Notes under the pieces: generated by a model | What the model was told of the DNA's origin: nothing | Database searches by the model: none | The model's input: only the letters and a program-made list of their open reading frames with translations | NCBI GenBank assembly: GCA_964016885.1 | Contig: OZ024752.1 | Span: 46,376,001-46,440,000, forward strand | Origin: Eledone cirrhosa | Lineage: Eukaryota | Direction of reading: 5' to 3' | DNA length: 64,000 bases | Shown: positions 56,935 to 64,000 of the stretch, in pieces | Position numbering within the stretch: the stretch's first letter is position 1 | Layout of the letters: every line of letters begins with the position of its first letter | Program-made: the position numbers and the translations under genes

Positions 56935-57058
56935 CATGGAACTCCTTTAACCATCTTTTGATCTTATATTATGTATACTCCAGTCCTACAAACTGTAGAG
57001 TGCTTCTTATCCGATATCTGCATTGCTTTATTGTACTACAATAAAACTCACCTCCTAC

Positions 57059-57147
<89 letters not shown>

Positions 57148-57489
57148 GCACACACACACAGACAGAGTGTGATGGAGGATGAAATGTTGTGAGCTGCAGT
57201 CGGTGGTGAGGCGATCAAGTGTAAAGATGGTGTCAACACTTCTGCCAAGTGATTCGATAATTGAACAACGAAGAAATGGAATCCTTTCACTCAGATTTTC
57301 ACTGAATGAAAGGGCAAATCTATGAATGAAGTAATTCATGAATGGATGTTTACACAAGTGACGTCATTAGTCTGAAAAGGAGTTGTATTTTTTTTTTTTT
57401 TCTTACTATTAAATGACGTCATTGCCATCTAGCAGTGATTTCATTGTTGTAAAAGACTGTTCTGTAGAAGAGACAAAGAAATTGTTGTA

Positions 57490-57591
<102 letters not shown>

Positions 57592-57638
57592 ATAGTAGTA
57601 GTAGTAGTAATAGTAGTAGTTGAAGTAGCAGCAGCAGC

Positions 57639-57695
<57 letters not shown>

Positions 57696-57704
57696 TGAAG
57701 TAGC

Positions 57705-57764
<60 letters not shown>

Positions 57765-57925
57765 CTAACCCTTGCTAGATAGAAGAAACGGGTGTTAAAT
57801 GATGATGATGATGATGATGATGATGCCAATCGATAGTTTTTGCCCTCTGAAACGATCGTAAAACAATGGATTAATCAACTATTCCACCTTGTTTCTTCGT
57901 ATTCTTTCACTGTTTAACACTATAT

Positions 57926-58040
<115 letters not shown>

Positions 58041-58097
58041 TACAGAAAATAACACTATTAGGTACTGAACATTTATTACAAAGATTACCCCTGACCT

Positions 58098-58189
<92 letters not shown>

Positions 58190-58710
58190 TATATATATAT
58201 ATATATATATATTTTATATATACACACATATATATTTATATATATATATATATATATATGATAGGGAGAGCAGCCAGCAACATCCGCTTCATCAGCCTTT
58301 CCACCTCTCGCGGGCTCGTTCCTCAAGTAAAATGCACTCCTCTTGATTGATAGATTGATACGAAGAAAGATAATTAGGCAGATAAGAATATAGATAACAA
58401 GGTAGATAGGTGCGTCTTTAGGTTAGTGGGTGGTTAGGTTAGTAGGTAAGTAAACAAACAGTTTAGTATCTAAATGATTTTATTTAGAACAAAGCAAAAG
58501 TGGAGTTCAAAGTTGATATCAGTGACATTGTAATGAGCGAATGTCTCGTTTTTACTGCACTGAATAAATGAATAAATGTTACGACATTAACAACATTTGT
58601 TATCTAACCTCTACATTTACACACTTACGTAATAAAGATTATAAACAAAGAGTAAATAAACTACAGCCACCACTCACAATCGAGAAGAATTTGGTAGCAG
58701 GTAACTAAAT

Positions 58711-59195
58711 TTTAGCTGACTTCCAATGAATGTTTTAATAATGGCAAGCTCCAGTCGTATTATGTCGCAACATGGTCCACAGATGTTATGACTCACGTCT
58801 GCACATCTTTAGCTGACGTGTGTCATGACATCTGTGGACTATGTTGCCAGATTATATGGCTGGAGTTTCTCATTATTAAAACATTCATTGGATGTCAGTC
58901 ATAACATGGTCCACAAATGTTATGACTCACGTCTGCACATCTTTAGCTAATGTCCAATGAATGTTTTAATAATGGGAAGCTCCAGTCATATCATCTGGCA
59001 ACTTGGTCCGCAGATGTTATGACTCACGTCTGTACATCTTTAGCTAATGTCCAATGAATGTTTTAATAATGGGAAGCTCCAGTCATGTCATCTGGCAACT
59101 TGGTCCGCAGATGTTATGACTCACGTCTGCACATCTTTAGCTGACGTCCAATGAGTGTTTTAACAATGGGAATCCCTAGTCATATCATCTGGCAG
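58711..59195. repeat. ~97-bp satellite with one inverted unit
   Basis: Forward units tttagct..tccaatgaatgttttaataat...cagatgttatgactcacgtctgcacatc; 58820-58900 is a reverse-complement unit. Confidence 0.85.
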
Positions 59196-59426
59196 AAGGT
59201 TCAACTCTGAACGCCCAAACCCAGAAGAGATACCACAGAACCTCGTGTACAATACCCCCTTTGACAGCCTCTCTATTTGTTATCAATGAAATAACGAAAT
59301 GTAAAGTTGAACTCCGTGGGATTTGAACTCGGATCAGAGAGTTTCTTTACAAATACTAACGGCTCAACCTTTCATGTTTGATACGACAACTGTAACAATG
59401 GAACCAACTTGAACACACAAACACAA

Positions 59427-59463
<37 letters not shown>

Positions 59464-59478
59464 CACATACACATACTT

Positions 59479-59514
<36 letters not shown>

Positions 59515-59713
59515 ACATACACACATATACACATACTTACATACAGACACACACACACACACACACACATGGATACAAGCACTCACACACACACTCAAAT
59601 ACAGATACGGGCATAAATGTGCGTGTGTTTGTGTATGTGTGTGTATGTTTGTGTATGTGTGTGTATGTTTGTGTGTGTGTGTGTTGTGCGTGCGTGTGTG
59701 CATGTTGTATGTA

Positions 59714-59781
<68 letters not shown>

Positions 59782-59839
59782 TATACTTATATATATAAAT
59801 AAACCCATACACACACATATATACATACATATATATATA

Positions 59840-59909
<70 letters not shown>

Positions 59910-60168
59910 GTTGTCTCACATGAAATGTCGTATTTTTAATAAGTTTCTTTATCAGCCATTTATAATCTCGATTATCCGTATGCTTGTGTTTAATCTTAAC
60001 TATTTTTTAGTCCAGACAATATTACCATTCAAAATCACTACCCACAATCCTATGACAATGTTGACAACTGAACAATACCGAGTGGTACGAATACAAGCTG
60101 GGTCACTCGGCCTCAGAAGCCCTACGAAACATTAAGCGAGCTTTTGGTAACGATTCTGTTGACACCAG

Positions 60169-60209
<41 letters not shown>

Positions 60210-60249
60210 GGAAAAAATGAAACGAAATTTCATTTCCCACTCTTACATA

Positions 60250-60288
<39 letters not shown>

Positions 60289-60328
60289 GATATTAAATAA
60301 ATGGAAACTATATTTATAAAACCATATT

Positions 60329-60394
60329 TATTTCATTATATATGTTTCAGGGATATCATATTAAAAATATGTTATGCCTTCTTCAGACAAAATA
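60329..60394 (-). ncRNA. Type I hammerhead motif (element homologous to ~16600-16870)
   Basis: tattttgt-CTGAAGA-aggcataacatatt ttt aatatgatatccct-GAAA-catata-TA-atgaaata. Confidence 0.75.
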
Positions 60395-60641
60395 CAATAT
60401 AAACAGTCTTATAAATAGATAGATTCGACATACCTTTCAACTTCGACTTCTATTTGAAAAGTTGATTTGGTAGTGGAAAAAAATATTAGGGACAGTTATA
60501 AAAAGAAAGAAATATGGTTTTATAAATATAGTTTCCATTTATTTAATATCGTAAATATACTCCAAATACTTGTTGAGTGCTTTTATATCAGTTATAAATA
60601 TTTACTCGTTGTTAACCCAACAATTTAAATAAAACTTTGCA

Positions 60642-60681
<40 letters not shown>

Positions 60682-60706
60682 TATATATATGTATATAAAT
60701 ATATAT

Positions 60707-60772
<66 letters not shown>

Positions 60773-60878
60773 ATAATAATAAAATTGAAGACTAAAATCC
60801 AAAGAGGGCTCGATAAGGAAAATATATATCAAATATATAAGAACCGTAGAGCAAATATTTATTAAAATAACAGATTAA

Positions 60879-60929
60879 AGTTTAAGCAAAGAATCGCTGC
60901 TTTCACCCTTAACGGGATCTTCTGAAACT
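60879..60929 (-). ncRNA. Hammerhead-like motif with variant core CAGAAGA (second copy)
   Basis: Same sequence as 18263..18313 on the opposite strand. Confidence 0.55.
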
Positions 60930-61591
60930 AACAAAGTCAATCTGTAAACGCAGAACTGGATATTTCAAAAAACGTTGCAACCGGAGGAAGACAGGAAGAC
61001 GATACTTTGGTTCGTGGTAACGTTCGCTGGCAAAGAACGGGAAAAAACGAATAATACGTCATTAATAGGAGCGGTGAAAAACAATTACGCGCAAAGACAA
61101 AACCACGTTTATGGTATAAAGGAGGTCGTAGACTAATGTTCTCTTAGGTGGTGCATAGAGACGTTCTCTGGCAATGAACGAAAAAACGAAGATAATACGT
61201 CATATGTGGAGCGTAGAGAACAATAGCACGCAAAGACAAAACCACGTAAATGGAATAGCAGAAATCGTAGACTAAAATTCTAACTAGGAGACCAAATGAA
61301 TCTCCGCTACAGAGTTAAGAACAAAGTAAATAAATACAATACAGAAGTAATAGAAACAAATAAATACATACACGCAAACAGATACGTACATACACAAGCA
61401 TACGCAAAACCTTACCATGGGTATACAAAACCACGCACATATAAATATGTGTGTGTGTCTATGCTTGTGTACAAATAAATAAATAATTATAAAACGTATA
61501 TAAGTAAATAAATACGTATATAACAAGCGCACACGCATACCTACATATAAAAACACGAATGTTCGGAGACGTAAGTCAACTAAAAGTCAAC

Positions 61592-61688
<97 letters not shown>

Positions 61689-61733
61689 ATTAATTCAAAA
61701 TATTAACAAAATAGATATTCTTGTGATCAATTA

Positions 61734-61800
61734 TATTTTATTATACATATTTCAGAGGTACTGAGTTAAGTTCAACAGTACGTCCTCATCAGATAAAATA
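61734..61800 (-). ncRNA. Type I hammerhead motif
   Basis: tattttat-CTGATGA-ggacgtactg...cagtacctct-GAAA-tatgta-TA-ataaaata. Confidence 0.8.
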
Positions 61801-62125
61801 AAATGATACAAGACATACCCTGACATAGTAGATGGTTAAGATTGACTCTGGAAAACCTTTCTTGTTGAGTGCTTCCAATCTAATGTAAAACTCATTCTTT
61901 GGTCTATTCATTGAACCTTGTTTAACTTTTAAATATATATATGTATATATATATATGTATATATATATATTTATATATGTGTGTGTGTATATATACATAT
62001 ACATATACACACACACACACACACATATATAATCTGGAGGTAGTTGATCAGTAACGTGATATTGTGTTCAATGGTAATTATTATAGACAGACGTCATTGG
62101 ATTTTATAGTGGTATTGTGATAACA

Positions 62126-63560
62126 TGGTGATGGTGGTGGTGGGGGTAGCGGTTGTGGTGGAGTGGGGGGTAGTTGTTGTGGTGGAAAGGGGGGTAGCGG
62201 TTGTGGTGGAGTGGGGGTAGTGGTGGGGGATAGTGGTAGTGGGGGTAGTTGTTGTGGTGGAAAGGGGGGTAGCGGTTGTGGGGGAGTGGGGCGTAGTGGT
62301 GGGGGATAGTGGTAGTGGGGGTAGTTGTTGTGGTGGAAAGGGGGGTAGTGGTTGTGGGGGAGTGGGGCGTAGTGGTGGGGGATAGTGGTAGTGGGGGTAG
62401 TTGTTGTGGTGGAAAGGGGGGTAGTGGTTGTGGGGGAGTGGGGCGTAGTGGTGGGGGATAGTGGTAGTGGGGGGGTAGTTGTTGTGGTGGAAAGGGGGGT
62501 AGCGGTTGTGGTGGAGTGGGGGTAGTGGTGGGGGATAGTGGTAGTGGGGGTAGTTGTTGTGGTGGAAAGGGGGGTAGTGGTTGTGGTGGAGTGGGGGTAG
62601 TGGTGGGGGATAGTGGTAGTGGGGGGTAGTTGTTGTGGTGGAAAGGGGGGTAGTGGTTGTGGTGGAGTGTGGGGTAGTGGTGGGAGATAGTGGTAGTGGG
62701 GGGTAGTTGTTGTGGTGGAAAGGGGGGTAGTGGTTGTGGTGGAGTGTGGGGTAGTGGTGGGGGATAGTGGTAGTGGGGGGTAGTTGTTGTGGTGGAAAGG
62801 GGGGTAGTGGTTGTGGTGGAGTGTGGGGTAGTGGTGGGAGATAGTGGTAGTGGGGGGTAGTTGTTGTGGTGGAAAGGGGGGTAGTGGTTGTGGTGGAGTG
62901 GGGGGTAGTGGTGGGGGATAGTGGTAGTGGGGGTAGTTGTTGTGGTGGAAAGGGGGGTAGTGGTTGTGGGGGAGTGGGGCGTAGTGGTGGGGGATAGTGG
63001 TAGTGGGGGGTAGTTGTTGTGGTGGAAAGGGGGGTAGTGGTTGTGGTGGAGTGGGGGTAGTGGTGGGGGATAGTGGTAGTGGGGGGTAGTTGTTGTGGTG
63101 GAAAGGGGGGTAGTGGTTGTGGTGGAGTGTGGGGTAGTGGTGGGGGCTAGTGGTAGTGGGGGGTAGTTGTTGTGGTGGAAAGGGGGGTAGTGGTTGTGGT
63201 GGAGTGGGGGGTAGTGGTGGGGGCTAGTGGTAGTGGGGGGTAGTTGTTGTGGTGGAAAGGGGGGCAGTGGTTGTGGTGGAGTGGGGGTAGTGGTGGGGGA
63301 TAGTGGTAGTGGGGGTAGTTGTTGTGGTGGAAAGGGGGGTAGTGGTTGTGGTGGAGTGTGGGGTAGTGGTGGGGGATAGTGGTAGTGGGGGGTAGTTGTT
63401 GTGGTGGAAAGGGGGGTAGTGGTTGTGGTGGAGTGGGGGGTAGTGGTTATGGTGGAGTGGTTGTAATGGTGGTGGGGGGAGAGGTGTGGGCGGTAGTGGT
63501 GGGGGCTGGTGATTGTAGGGTGAGGGGGAGGCGGGGAGGGGGGGGGGGGGGGGGGGGTAA
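62126..63560. repeat. G-rich ~76-bp minisatellite (~16 copies)
   Basis: Unit GTAGTTGTTGTGGTGGAAAGGGGGGTAGTGGTTGTGGTGGAGTGGGGGTAGTGGTGGGGGATAGTGGTAGTGGGG. Confidence 0.95.
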
Positions 63561-63961
63561 CGGAGGTAGTAGTAGAAATAGTTGTGGGGGTGGTGGTTAT
63601 GGTGGTGGTAGCCGGTGTAGAGATGGTGGTAATAGTGATGGTGATGGTAGTAGTGATGGCAATAGTAAGTAGTTGTGGTGGTGATGGTGGCGATGGGGGT
63701 GATGAGAGATGTTGTCCTTCGTAGACACAACAATTCTTTCCTTTGGGGCTTGCTTTTTATCATTTATATTGCTTCTGAAGATGTACAATACTTGATGATG
63801 TTTTGTTATCTTTCAATACATTCTCCTCTCCCTTTTTTACTATAGTGTTAAAACGAATACATTAGTTAAAATAATTTGTATTGAAACAATTGTAAAGTTT
63901 TTTAATGATTTAAGAAATCTATTCTATCATCTTTATTTGTTGTATATACTCAGTGTTATTG

Positions 63962-64000
<39 letters not shown>

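Overview
Eukaryotic, microsatellite-saturated DNA whose repeat landscape looks like an Octopus/cephalopod genome (inference). Nearly all long ORFs in the track are artefacts of (TA)n, (CA)n, (CCA)n or (GAA)n tracts. Real coding content: a 7-exon minus-strand gene (11302->4290) that splices in frame to a 477-aa TBATA/SPATIAL-family protein, and the first coding exon of a second minus-strand gene (244->141; Myb/SANT-like, possibly SNAPC2-like) running off the left edge. The rest is SINEs, DNA-transposon MITEs, LINE fragments (Dong/R4-like in (CATA)n, Tx1-like in (GATA)n, RTE) and minisatellites. The most striking hidden signal is about 15 minimal type I hammerhead-ribozyme motifs from at least 8 sequence families. 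They sit in short elements embedded in (TA)n tracts, many as near-perfect fold-backs, and include non-canonical cores (UUGAnAA; a repeated CAGAAGA). This matches Penelope-like element pseudo-LTRs or retrozymes. Also noted: 10 perfect TGACGTCA (CRE) palindromes beside repeat arrays, with four tandem pairs spaced 11 bp, and a tail-to-tail pair of tRNA-like units. Coordinates were read by eye; repeat boundaries are approximate.
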